A stretch of DNA of 64,000 nt from NCBI GenBank assembly GCA_963814585.1, contig CAWFDF010000012.1:384001-448000 (forward strand). The letters are read 5' to 3'. Under the pieces are notes generated by a model. It did not search any database. It was not told the origin of the DNA and saw only the letters and a list, made by a program, of their open reading frames with translations. Positions 18,655 through 27,973 of the stretch are shown piece by piece; position 1 is the stretch's first letter, and every line of letters begins with the position of its first letter. Source of the DNA: an uncultured delta proteobacterium. GTDB lineage: Bacteria > Myxococcota > Myxococcia > Myxococcales > Anaeromyxobacteraceae. The translations under genes were made by a program, and so were the position numbers.

Positions 18655-20073
18655 GTGATCCCCCTCAAGCCGATGCTGAAGCGGGCCCTGACCCCGCTGG
18701 TCCGATTCGATGGGCCGTGGTGGGCTCCAGCCCGAGCCTGGCCTGTGGGGCCTGCAGGTGAGCGGCGAGGGCCGCCTGTCCTACCAGGGCATCGACCTCC
18801 CGGCCCTCTGCCAGCGCCGCGGTTCGCCCGTCCACGTGGTCCTGGCCGAGCGCCTGCGCCTGGCCGCCCAGGCCTACCAGGCCGTGCCGCCCGGCCACGC
18901 GGTCGGCGCCGAGATCTACTCCTCGTACAAGACCAACCCGGTCCCGGGGGTGCTGCGGCTGCTGCACGACCAGGGCGTCGGAGCCGAGGTCATCTCCGAG
19001 TACGAGCTCTGGCTGGCGCTGCGCCTCGGGGTCCCGCCGGAGCGGATCATCTACAACGGCCCGGCCAAGTCGAGGGCGTCCATCCGCACCGCCATCGAGA
19101 AGGACATCCTGCTGATCGGCGTGAACCACCGGGAGGAGATCCCGGCCCTGGTCGAGGCGGCGCGCGAGCTGGGGCGGAGGCCCCGCGTCGCCGTCCGCGT
19201 CACCACCGCCGGCGGCTGGTCCAACCAGTTCGGCAGCCCCATCGCCGGCGGCCAGGCCCTGGAGACGGTCCGGGAGGCCCAGGCCTCCGGAGCGCTTCGG
19301 GTCTGCGCCCTCCACTCCCACCTCGGGCGGCAGGTCCGTACCCGCGCCCAGGCCGTGGACCACGTCCGGGCGGTGCTGGCCTTCGCCGATACGCTCCGCG
19401 CGCGGCTCGGCCTGGAGCTCGAGCTGCTCGATCTCGGCGGCAGCCTGGCCTGCCCCACCGTCACCCCCATCTCGACGCTGGCCCAGCGCCTCGCCGGATC
19501 GTTCCAGCGCGAGCCGTCCCCGCCCGATCCCGCCCTCACCATCGGCATCGGCGACTACGTCGCCACCTTGATGGAGAGGTCCGCGCCCACGCCCAGGCCG
19601 CCGGCCGCCCCGCGCCGCGGGTGCTGCTCGAGCCGGGCCGGTCGATGACCGCCTCGACGCAGATCCTGCTCTGCACCGTCCTCTCACCCAAGGACGGCAC
19701 CGGCGCCATCCCCTTCGCCGTCCTCGACGCCGGCATCAACCTGGCCGAGTCCATGCGGGCGGAGTACCACCACGTCTTCCACGCCAGCCGGATGACCGAA
19801 GCCCGCAGCCAGCTGGTGGTGCTGGCCGGCCCCATCTGCTCCCCGGGCGACGTCCTCCGCTGGGCCGTCTCGCTGCCACCGCTCCGGGCCGGCGACACCC
19901 TCGCCATCATGGACGCCGGCGCCTACTTCGTCCCGTTCGAGACCGCCTTCTCGTTCCCCCGGCCGCCGATCGTGATGATCGACGGTGGCCGGGAGCACCT
20001 GCTTCGACGCGCCCAGAGCTTCGAGGACCTGGTGCGCTGCGACGAACAACCGGGCGCCGGGCCGCCGGACTGA
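18655..20073 (+). CDS. Fold-III PLP-dependent decarboxylase (LysA/Orn-DAP-Arg family); compensating frameshifts near 18710 and 19578
   Basis: YSSYKTNP, AEVISEYE, IIYNGPAK, HSHLG, LDLGG in one frame; LLEPGR, LAGPICSPGD, IMDAGAY, FSFPRP in the other. Confidence 0.85.
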   Translation: MIPLKPMLKRALTPLVRFDGPWWAPARAWPVGPAGERRGPPVLPGHRPPGPLPAPRFARPRGPGRAPAPGRPGLPGRAARPRGRRRDLLLVQDQPGPGGAAAAARPGRRSRGHLRVRALAGAAPRGPAGADHLQRPGQVEGVHPHRHREGHPADRREPPGGDPGPGRGGARAGAEAPRRRPRHHRRRLVQPVRQPHRRRPGPGDGPGGPGLRSASGLRPPLPPRAAGPYPRPGRGPRPGGAGLRRYAPRAARPGARAARSRRQPGLPHRHPHLDAGPAPRRIVPARAVPARSRPHHRHRRLRRHLDGEVRAHAQAAGRPAPRVLLEPGRSMTASTQILLCTVLSPKDGTGAIPFAVLDAGINLAESMRAEYHHVFHASRMTEARSQLVVLAGPICSPGDVLRWAVSLPPLRAGDTLAIMDAGAYFVPFETAFSFPRPPIVMIDGGREHLLRRAQSFEDLVRCDEQPGAGPPD

Positions 20074-20088
20074 GCGGAGGAGGGAGCC

Positions 20089-20808
20089 GTGATCCGCAGA
20101 CTCCTGGAGCTCCTGCACGCCGATCCCTATGGCAACCTCGGCAGCGACCAGACCTGGTCGCGCCTCGCCAAGCTGGCCTCGCCACGCTACCTGCGGAGCA
20201 AGGTGGCGCTCATCGCCTACGAGTCCGCCCACCCCGACGCCCCGTGGTTCACCCGGGACGCCATCGAGCGGCTCGAGGGCTGGCTGCGCCCGAGCTTCCG
20301 GGGCCTGGAGTTCGGCTCGGGGAGGAGCACCCCGTGGCTGGCGCGGCGGAGCGAGTGGCTGGTCTCGGTGGAGCACCACCCGGGGTGGTTCGCGCAGGTG
20401 GCGCGACGCCTCGCCGAGGAGGGCATCGGCAACGTCGATCACCGGCTGGTGGACGAGGCGGACTACGCGTCGGTGAGCGACGGCTTCCCCGACGCCCACT
20501 TCGACTACGTGGTGATCGACGGCCTGCAACGCGACGAGACGCTCCTGCGCGCCACCCGGCTGCTGCGCCCGGGGGGCTGGATCATCTTCGACAACGCCAA
20601 CTGGTACCTGCGGAGCCCGAGCCGGACCCCCCACTCCCGGCCGCCTGGCGGCCCGGCGGCCTCGCCGGCCTTCGAGCGCGCCGAGCGGATCCTCTCGTCC
20701 TGGTCGCTCCGCTGGACGACCAACGGCGTCAACGACACGCTCCTCGCCGCCAAGCCGGAGCCGGACGCGGCCCTATCCGGCCCGGGCGACGCCGGTCACG
20801 GGACGTAG
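20089..20808 (+). CDS. Class I SAM-dependent methyltransferase
   Basis: LEFGSGRST, VSVEHH, FDYVVIDG, LRPGGWIIFDN. Confidence 0.85.
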   Translation: MIRRLLELLHADPYGNLGSDQTWSRLAKLASPRYLRSKVALIAYESAHPDAPWFTRDAIERLEGWLRPSFRGLEFGSGRSTPWLARRSEWLVSVEHHPGWFAQVARRLAEEGIGNVDHRLVDEADYASVSDGFPDAHFDYVVIDGLQRDETLLRATRLLRPGGWIIFDNANWYLRSPSRTPHSRPPGGPAASPAFERAERILSSWSLRWTTNGVNDTLLAAKPEPDAALSGPGDAGHGT

Positions 20809-23800
20809 ACGAAGACCGCGTCCGGCGTGAACAGGCCGTCGACCCAGCGGACCCGCCCGCTCGGCTCCAGGGTGAGGGCCCGCTTCGCCGAGTAGTGGCT
20901 GGTCACGGTGAGCACCGGGCCGTCGAAGCCGTTCACCAGCTGGACCTGGTTGCCGCCGGGCACTCCGGCGTCGAGGAAGGCGACCCAGTCGCCGGCCACG
21001 GCGAAGGTGCCCTGGTAGAGACCGGTGTTGGTGGAGAGGCGCCGCTCCCGGTCGTCCGCGGTGTTGAAGACGCCGTCGGCCCCGGCGTCGCGCAGGTGGA
21101 CCCCGGCCTGGTCGGCGACGACCAGGCGCCGCCCGGAGACCGCCAGGGACGGGCCGTCGAAGTGGGTCCCGGCGACCGGGCTGCCGGTGGCGTGGAGCAT
21201 GAACGTGGCTGGCGTGTCGTCGGCCCCGGCGCCGAAGGCGAGATCGGGCCCGGCGTCGTAGACGCAGAGCCGCGTGTTGATGTCGTCGCAGGTGAAGAAG
21301 GCCTGGCGCGCCGTGACCCCCCAGGCCCTGGCCCAGTTGGAGTTCTCGCCGACCGGGTAGACGTCGACGACCGCGCCACCGGTGGCGGCGTTCCGCAGCA
21401 GCCCACCCCGAGGGTCGATGACCTTGGTGTGGGCGACGCCGGCGACGTTCTCCACCACCAGCGCCTTCCCGCCACCGGCGGCGACCCCGAGGTAGTAGCT
21501 GGCGCCGGGGTTGCTGTAGACCCTGGCCGAGGGAGCTGCCCCGGCGAAGTAGCGGCCCGTGGCCGGGTCCGGGTCGTACACCCAGATCCCGTCGAAGTTG
21601 GCGCCGGAGACGAGGTCGCTCCCGGTCACGGCGAAGAAGTCGTGGGCTGGCCCGACCGTCTCGCTCCCCGCCGCGGTCCGGGCCGTGATCCCGGCGCTCT
21701 CCGGCCTGTAGAAGGTGGTCCCCGAGCCCTCCGAGGCGAGCACGCTGCCGTAGGAGGCGAGCGGGACCGGGCCGACGATGTCCCAGCGCAGCACCGAGAG
21801 GTCGAGCGCCAGGATGTCGCGGTAGTCGCTGCTGTAGGTGAGGAGCGACCCGGACAGGCTCGGCGAGACCCGCGGCGACGAGGACGGTCGGATGGCCTCC
21901 TGGACGTCGTCGGCGGTTCCGAAGGTCCCGTCCACGCCCGAGGCCCAGTGGGCCAGGTGGTTGCCCGTCCCGTACTCGGTCAGGACCACGTGGTTGCCCT
22001 CCAGGGCCATCCCGCTGGGCGCCCCGGACGACGGGTAGGCGACCTGGACGGTCGGATCGCCCGCCTCGAAGGAGAGGTTGCCGCCGGTGGTGCGCAGCCA
22101 GAGCGAGCCGGCGTCGTACCAGGCGACCCTCGCGCTGTCGGAGGAGAGGGCGGCCAGGGTGGCGGTCGCCGGGAGGTCCATGGCCGTGGTCCCCGAGGCG
22201 AATGAGCCCGAGGGGCTGGCGTTGATGACGTGCCAGGCGGAGCTGGTGCAGGTCGGGCAGGTGGCGGCAGCGTAGAGGATGGCCCGCTCGCCCATGGAGA
22301 TGCCGGAGTCGGAGTGGCTCATGGAGTTGAAGGGGCCCAGGGCGGCGACCACGTCGTCGGCCGTGCCGACCAGGCCGTCGGCACCCGCCTCCCGGACCCG
22401 GATGATGCTGGTGTCGGTGGTGGTGTTCCGCTCCACCCAGGCCATCCGCTCGCCCACGGCCACCACGGCGTTGAACGCGGTCGAGGCGCCCGCGGTGGCG
22501 ACCACCGTGGCCACGTCGTCGGCCGTGCACCAGGCGCCATCGGGGCCCGGCCGCCGGAGCCGGATGGCGCCGTACTCCGCCACCGCCACCAGCCCCTGGT
22601 GGGCCGGCACCACGCCCCGGTCGAGCCCGGTGGCGATGGAGCTCCCGACCTCGCAGCGCGGATCGTCGGCGTCGGGCCGGCGGTCGGCGCCCAGGTCCAC
22701 GATCATCCCGGCGTACTGGACGGCGGGGATCTGGGCGTAGTAGCCGACCAGCGTCCCGCGGACGTTGGGGATCATCTCGGAGGCGATGGTGCCGGCGACG
22801 ATCTGGGCGGTGGCGTCGGCGGTCACCTGTTGCGCCACGCCCGGGCCGACGTTGCCGGCCCGATCGACGGCCCGGACCGCGATGGTGTTGGAGGTGCCCT
22901 CGGTGAGCGCGGCCCGGAACCCCTTGAGCGTGGTGCCGTCGCAGCGGAGCCGGTCGTCGGTGCAGGCGCAGGCGCCGCAGGGCGCCCAGGCGCCGCTGGC
23001 GCTGCAGGCGGCCTGCGGGCAGACCGGCTGGAAGCCGGCGCCGGTGTCGAGCTCGACGTGGGCGATCCCCTGCCAGTCCCCGCCGCCGGCGGTCGCGTCG
23101 GTCGCGGCCCCGGTGACCATGAAGTCGACCCAGGGGGCACGCACCGTGAGCTGGAACGGGTCGTAGTTCGGCGCCAGCCGCGGCGGGGTGGGGAGGGAGA
23201 GGTCGCTCACCACCGAGGTGGCGGCCAGGCCACCGGCGTTCCCGGCGCGATCGACGGCCCGGGCCCAGACGCAGGTCCGCCGGCCGGCGGCGAGCGAGAG
23301 GGCGAAGGTCGAGGTGCTGGAGGCGAAGCCGCAGCTGGAGCCGCCGCTCGAGCAGCTGCAGGCGGTCGCCGACGCGCTGCAGGTGCAGGGAGCGCAGGCG
23401 GTCGTGGCCGCCTGGTCGAGGGTGCAGACCTGGTACCCGTCGAAGTTGGCGTCGGCCTCGCCCCCGGAGATGGTCACCGAGGAGGTGGTCGCGTCGACCC
23501 AGCTCCGCGGCGTGGAGATGCTCGGCGTCGGCGGCACGATGCCGTCGGAGACCACCGTGGTGGCCGAGGCCGGTCCGGCGTTGCCCACCCAGTCGACGGC
23601 CCGCACCTGGACGGTGCTGATCGCGTTGGCGGCCAGGCCGGTGACCGGGAGCGTCGTGGCTGCTCCGGGGATGGCCGCCACCACCGGGGCCGACGCCCAG
23701 TTGGGGGCGGCGCCGACCGCCACCTGGTAGCCGCGGAAGTTGGTGGCCGGCGCGGTGGCGTCGGTCGCGCCGGCGGTGACCGGAAGCGAAGCGCTGGTGG

Positions 23801-26800
23801 ACTGGACGTGGCCGGCGGACCCACCGGCCGGCGGCGTGGCGAGGCCCAGCGCGAGCGCCCCCGGGGCCAGCGCGTCGGTGCAACGGACGCTCCCGGGGAT
23901 GGTGGTGGTGGCTCCTTCCGGGACGGTGGCGGTCGCGAAATCCGCGCAGGTCCGGTTGGCGCTGGTGGCGAGGACGTCGTAGCGGCCGGGCGGGAGGGGG
24001 CCGACCGACCAGCCGCCGCCGGCCCCGCTGGCGCCGCCGGCCGAGTAGGCGACGCCGTTGAAGGCGGTCCCCGTCACGCTCACGGCGACCCCGGCGCTGG
24101 TCGGGTTGGCCCCGGCACCGCCGGCGTCGTCCCACAGCAGGGTGGTGCCGGCCAGGGTCGCGGCGTTCACCACCAGCGTGAGGGTGGTCGGGACCGTCAC
24201 CGTGGAGTCGGCGACCCCGGTCACGGCCGTCGAGGCCTGGACGAAGCCCGCCTTCCGGGCCGTCACGGTGAACTGCCCGCCGCCGAGGCTCACCGGGACG
24301 TCGGTGAAGCGGTAGGTGCCGGCCGCGTCGCTCACCGCCGCCGGGACCGGGACGTCGGTGCCGCCGAGCGTCACCACCGCCCCGGAGAAGTCGGTCCCCA
24401 CGGGGAAGCCGGGGATGGCCCCGGCGGAGAGCCCGATCTGGCCGGCGATGGCGCCGGTGGAGACCTGCAGCGTCACCGGGGGCGCGACGACCGCGGTGCC
24501 GGTCACGGTCAGCCCGACCATCGCCTGGGCGTCGTAGCCGGCCCTGGCGATGGTGAGCCCGTAGCTGCCGCTGGGGAGGCCGCTGAAGGCGTAGGCGCCC
24601 GTCGGGGAGGTGCTCGCGGCCCGCGTGACGACTCCACCGTTCACGTCGGCGCCCGCCAGGGCCACGTCGATGCCGCCGTTCGAGCCGGACGGCCTGGCCA
24701 CGGTGGCCACGCCGGAGATGGAGCCGGTGGTGGCGAGGACCAGGGTCGCTGCCGGGACCGTGGTGACCTCGCCGCCGCTCACCGGAAAGGCCGGGCTGGA
24801 CGTGGACGCGTAGTCGGGGCGGGTGAAGGTGGCGACGTAGCCGGTCCCGATCCGGAGCCGATCGATGGTCCAGCGCCCCGAGCCGTCGGTCACGCCGCTG
24901 GCGGTGTCGGGGCCTCCGCTGACCGTGACCACGGTGCCGGCCTGGCTGGCGGCGCCGGTCGCGGTCGCCGTCCCGGTGGCGGCGCCCCGGCTCGCGGCCA
25001 GCGAGAGCCGACCCAGGCTGGTCGCCTGCCCGGTCGAGATCGACACGCCGACCGGGGCCGGGGTGTCGAAGCCGGCCAGGCCGAAGGCGAGCTGGTAGCT
25101 GCCGGCGACCAGCCCGGCGAGCGAGTAGGTCCCGTCGAGGGCGGTCGGGCTGGTGGTCAGGCTGACGCCCTGGCCGCGGAAGTCGCTGCCCGTGAGGCGC
25201 ACGGTGATGCCCCGTGGGTCGGCGCCGCCCTCGAGGACCGCCACGCCGGAGACCGCCGCCGACGCGATCGGCGAGAGGGGCAGCGTGGCCAGCGTGCTCG
25301 TCAGGCTGGGCGCCACCGTGGCCGCCAGCCCGGTCCTCGGCTGCCAGTTCGGGTCGAGGCGTGCCGTGACCGTCCAGACCCCGACCGGCAGGCCGTCCAG
25401 GGACCAGGCGCCGGAGCCGTCGGTCACGGTCGAGGAGCTCTGGCCCGCCTTGGCGGCCGTCACCACGATCCCCGCCGACGACGCCGATCCGCTCAGCGTG
25501 AAGATCCCGGCCAGCCCGCCCCGGGAGATGGGCAGCGTCACGTCGAACAGCGTCACGTCGCCGCCCGGGGCGGTCACCACCTGGGCCCGCTGCGAGGCGT
25601 GGTCGGTCCGCTCGAAGACCACCGTGTGCGTGCCGGCGCCCACGCCGGTGAGCGACCAGGACCCGTCCGGCAGCGTCACCGTCGTCAGCGCCGTCGCGCC
25701 CTCCACCCGCACGGTGGTCCCGGCGAAGCCGCCCGGGGTGCCGCCCTCGAAGAACGCGCTCCCCCGCATCATCCCGGGGATGGCCGCCAGCGTCACCGGC
25801 GTCGCCGTCACGGGCGTCCGGGCCGTCGCCGTCACCGTGCCGGTCCCCGGCGCGAAGCCGGGTGCCTTCACGTAGTCGATGGCGTAGATCCCCACCGGCA
25901 GCAGGTCGACGCGCCAGTTCCCGGTGCCGTCGGTCAGCGCCGCCGCGACCGGCAGCGACCCCGCCGACTTCGGCCAGGGGGTCAGGCTCACCTGGATCCC
26001 GGCGTGATCGCCCATCCCCTCCAGCCGCGCCACCCCAAGGACCGACCCGGACTCCCGGATCAGGCTCACCGGCGGCAGGTCGGTCCCCGCCGCCGGGGCC
26101 ACCGCCGCCGCCGTCGACACCATGGCGTGGTCGACGAGCTCGTAGGTCACCGAGTACGTCCCGGCGGGCAGGTTCGACACCAGGTAACTCCCGTCGGCCG
26201 GGGACGGATGCGCCGAGCCCTCGTACGGCGTGCCGCCCAGCGTCGTGCCGCGGGCCCGGACCAGCGCCTGGTCCGGCCCCACCGCCCCCCCGACGACGAC
26301 CACCGAGCCGGCCAGCCACCCCGGGTCCGAGTCGAGCCGCACCTCGCCGACGGTCGCGAAGCCCTCGTCGGTCACCACGGCGGTCAGCGTGCCGGCCCGG
26401 TACCCGAGGCGGGTGGCCTCGAGCGTGTGACTCCCCACCGGCACCGACGCCAGCGCGAAGCTTCCGTCGCCGGCGGTGATGGCCGACTCCGAGAGGCCAT
26501 GCACCGTCACCACCGCGCCGCCGGTCGTCTCCTGCGTGCTGTCGGGCAGCACCAGGGCCACCCGGCCCAGGATCCCGCCGCGAATGGCCGACAGCGCCAG
26601 CGGTGGTACCACCACGGTGGTGCCGCCGTCGTCGAGCAGGACCGTGACGCCCAGGATCGACTCCTCGCGGTAGCCGCTCCGGCTGGCCCTGACCACGTAG
26701 ACGCCGGCGGGAACCTCCGACGCCGTCCAGGCGCCGGTCGAGTCGGTCACCGCCGTTCGCGTGGCCCGGGCCCCGGTCACGCTGACGTCCACGCCGGCGA

Positions 26801-26981
26801 GCGCCGGCGCGCCGCCGCCGAGCGCCTCGAGGGTCACCGTTCCCGCCAGCCGCGCCTTGGCCTGATCCGCCACCGGCGTCTCCGGATCGAAGGGGTTCGA
26901 GTGCGTCAGATCGTCACAGCCGGCGGCGAGCAAGGCGGTGGCGAGCGCGAGGCCGCGGGCATTCGACCGGTGCATGTGCAT
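20796..26981 (-). CDS. 2061-aa lipoprotein with carboxypeptidase-regulatory-like repeats and a C-terminal propeller-like region
   Basis: Lipobox LLAAGC then NPFDPE; about 10 repeats of the type TDxxGxWxxxxLPxGxYxVxxxRxGY; three RAVDxxGN units; repeated GxDGxxxTADD. Confidence 0.8.
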   Translation of the reverse strand: MHMHRSNARGLALATALLAAGCDDLTHSNPFDPETPVADQAKARLAGTVTLEALGGGAPALAGVDVSVTGARATRTAVTDSTGAWTASEVPAGVYVVRASRSGYREESILGVTVLLDDGGTTVVVPPLALSAIRGGILGRVALVLPDSTQETTGGAVVTVHGLSESAITAGDGSFALASVPVGSHTLEATRLGYRAGTLTAVVTDEGFATVGEVRLDSDPGWLAGSVVVVGGAVGPDQALVRARGTTLGGTPYEGSAHPSPADGSYLVSNLPAGTYSVTYELVDHAMVSTAAAVAPAAGTDLPPVSLIRESGSVLGVARLEGMGDHAGIQVSLTPWPKSAGSLPVAAALTDGTGNWRVDLLPVGIYAIDYVKAPGFAPGTGTVTATARTPVTATPVTLAAIPGMMRGSAFFEGGTPGGFAGTTVRVEGATALTTVTLPDGSWSLTGVGAGTHTVVFERTDHASQRAQVVTAPGGDVTLFDVTLPISRGGLAGIFTLSGSASSAGIVVTAAKAGQSSSTVTDGSGAWSLDGLPVGVWTVTARLDPNWQPRTGLAATVAPSLTSTLATLPLSPIASAAVSGVAVLEGGADPRGITVRLTGSDFRGQGVSLTTSPTALDGTYSLAGLVAGSYQLAFGLAGFDTPAPVGVSISTGQATSLGRLSLAASRGAATGTATATGAASQAGTVVTVSGGPDTASGVTDGSGRWTIDRLRIGTGYVATFTRPDYASTSSPAFPVSGGEVTTVPAATLVLATTGSISGVATVARPSGSNGGIDVALAGADVNGGVVTRAASTSPTGAYAFSGLPSGSYGLTIARAGYDAQAMVGLTVTGTAVVAPPVTLQVSTGAIAGQIGLSAGAIPGFPVGTDFSGAVVTLGGTDVPVPAAVSDAAGTYRFTDVPVSLGGGQFTVTARKAGFVQASTAVTGVADSTVTVPTTLTLVVNAATLAGTTLLWDDAGGAGANPTSAGVAVSVTGTAFNGVAYSAGGASGAGGGWSVGPLPPGRYDVLATSANRTCADFATATVPEGATTTIPGSVRCTDALAPGALALGLATPPAGGSAGHVQSTSASLPVTAGATDATAPATNFRGYQVAVGAAPNWASAPVVAAIPGAATTLPVTGLAANAISTVQVRAVDWVGNAGPASATTVVSDGIVPPTPSISTPRSWVDATTSSVTISGGEADANFDGYQVCTLDQAATTACAPCTCSASATACSCSSGGSSCGFASSTSTFALSLAAGRRTCVWARAVDRAGNAGGLAATSVVSDLSLPTPPRLAPNYDPFQLTVRAPWVDFMVTGAATDATAGGGDWQGIAHVELDTGAGFQPVCPQAACSASGAWAPCGACACTDDRLRCDGTTLKGFRAALTEGTSNTIAVRAVDRAGNVGPGVAQQVTADATAQIVAGTIASEMIPNVRGTLVGYYAQIPAVQYAGMIVDLGADRRPDADDPRCEVGSSIATGLDRGVVPAHQGLVAVAEYGAIRLRRPGPDGAWCTADDVATVVATAGASTAFNAVVAVGERMAWVERNTTTDTSIIRVREAGADGLVGTADDVVAALGPFNSMSHSDSGISMGERAILYAAATCPTCTSSAWHVINASPSGSFASGTTAMDLPATATLAALSSDSARVAWYDAGSLWLRTTGGNLSFEAGDPTVQVAYPSSGAPSGMALEGNHVVLTEYGTGNHLAHWASGVDGTFGTADDVQEAIRPSSSPRVSPSLSGSLLTYSSDYRDILALDLSVLRWDIVGPVPLASYGSVLASEGSGTTFYRPESAGITARTAAGSETVGPAHDFFAVTGSDLVSGANFDGIWVYDPDPATGRYFAGAAPSARVYSNPGASYYLGVAAGGGKALVVENVAGVAHTKVIDPRGGLLRNAATGGAVVDVYPVGENSNWARAWGVTARQAFFTCDDINTRLCVYDAGPDLAFGAGADDTPATFMLHATGSPVAGTHFDGPSLAVSGRRLVVADQAGVHLRDAGADGVFNTADDRERRLSTNTGLYQGTFAVAGDWVAFLDAGVPGGNQVQLVNGFDGPVLTVTSHYSAKRALTLEPSGRVRWVDGLFTPDAVFVYVP

Positions 26982-27112
26982 CCCCCTGGGGGCTGGACTC
27001 CGGCCCGATTACCGCACCCTTCAATGACGGTTGTCGAGCGAAAGGACCGGAGCGGACGCTGGAGCGAGCCCCGCCCTTGCCGGACGGGAGCGGGCATGCC
27101 ACGGTCTCCCGG

Positions 27113-27826
27113 ATGGCCAGTGGACTGCAGGCCGCGCCGTCCGCCTTCCGCGGCTTCCCCGACGCCCGGGGGGACTTCTTCCTCGCCCTGGCGCTCCACA
27201 ACGACCGCGACTGGTTCCAGGCGCACCGGGCCGAGTACGAGCAGGGCTGGGCCGCGCCCATGGCGGCCCTCCTCGACGAGGTGCGCGAGGGGCTGGGCAG
27301 CGCCTACGGGCGGCGGGCCCTGGGCGCCCCCAAGGTCTTCCGCCTCAACCGCGACGTCCGCTTCAGCAAGGACAAGACCCCCTACAAGACGCACGTGGCG
27401 GGCTGGATTCCGATGGAGACCGGGGGCAAGGCCAGTCCCGGCGCCACCCCGGCGGCGATCTACCTCCACGTCGGCGTGGACGAGCGCTTCACCGGGAGCG
27501 GGTGCTGGGCGCTGGAGCCCGACGCCCTGAAGCGGTACCGGGCGGCGCTCCTCGACGCCCGGCGGGGCGCCGCGCTGGCCCGGCGGCTGGCCGAGCTCAC
27601 CGCCCGAGGCTTCTCGACCTCCTCGGCCGAGACCCTGGCCCGCGTCCCGGCCGGCGTGGACCCGGCCCACCCGCGGGCCGCGCTGCTCCGCATGAAGGGG
27701 CTGGTGGTGGTCCCCGGCGACGTGCCGAGGCGGCTCATCACCCGGCCGGCGCTGGCCGGCTGGCTGGTCGAGCAGGGTCGCGCCGCCGCGCCGGTGGTGA
27801 GCTGGCTGGCGGATCACGTGGCGTGA
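27113..27826 (+). CDS. DUF2461 family protein
   Basis: FFLALALHNDRDWFQAHRAEYE, FRLNRDVRFSKDKTPYKTH. Confidence 0.9.
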   Translation: MASGLQAAPSAFRGFPDARGDFFLALALHNDRDWFQAHRAEYEQGWAAPMAALLDEVREGLGSAYGRRALGAPKVFRLNRDVRFSKDKTPYKTHVAGWIPMETGGKASPGATPAAIYLHVGVDERFTGSGCWALEPDALKRYRAALLDARRGAALARRLAELTARGFSTSSAETLARVPAGVDPAHPRAALLRMKGLVVVPGDVPRRLITRPALAGWLVEQGRAAAPVVSWLADHVA

Positions 27827-27973
27827 GGCGGGGCCGGCCATCGAGGTGCGGTCCAGACGTCTGGACTCAACCCGGGCACCGAAGGAGGATCTCGGACGGA
27901 CTCAAGTCGGCTTCGCCCACATGGGCTGGCCGACGCTACCAGGGGCTTGGTCCGCCGATGGTATCGTGACCTC

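Noticed and set aside
18700..19600. Programmed ribosomal frameshifting in the decarboxylase or other genes
   Set aside because: No slippery heptamers seen, and similar shifts hit many unrelated genes.
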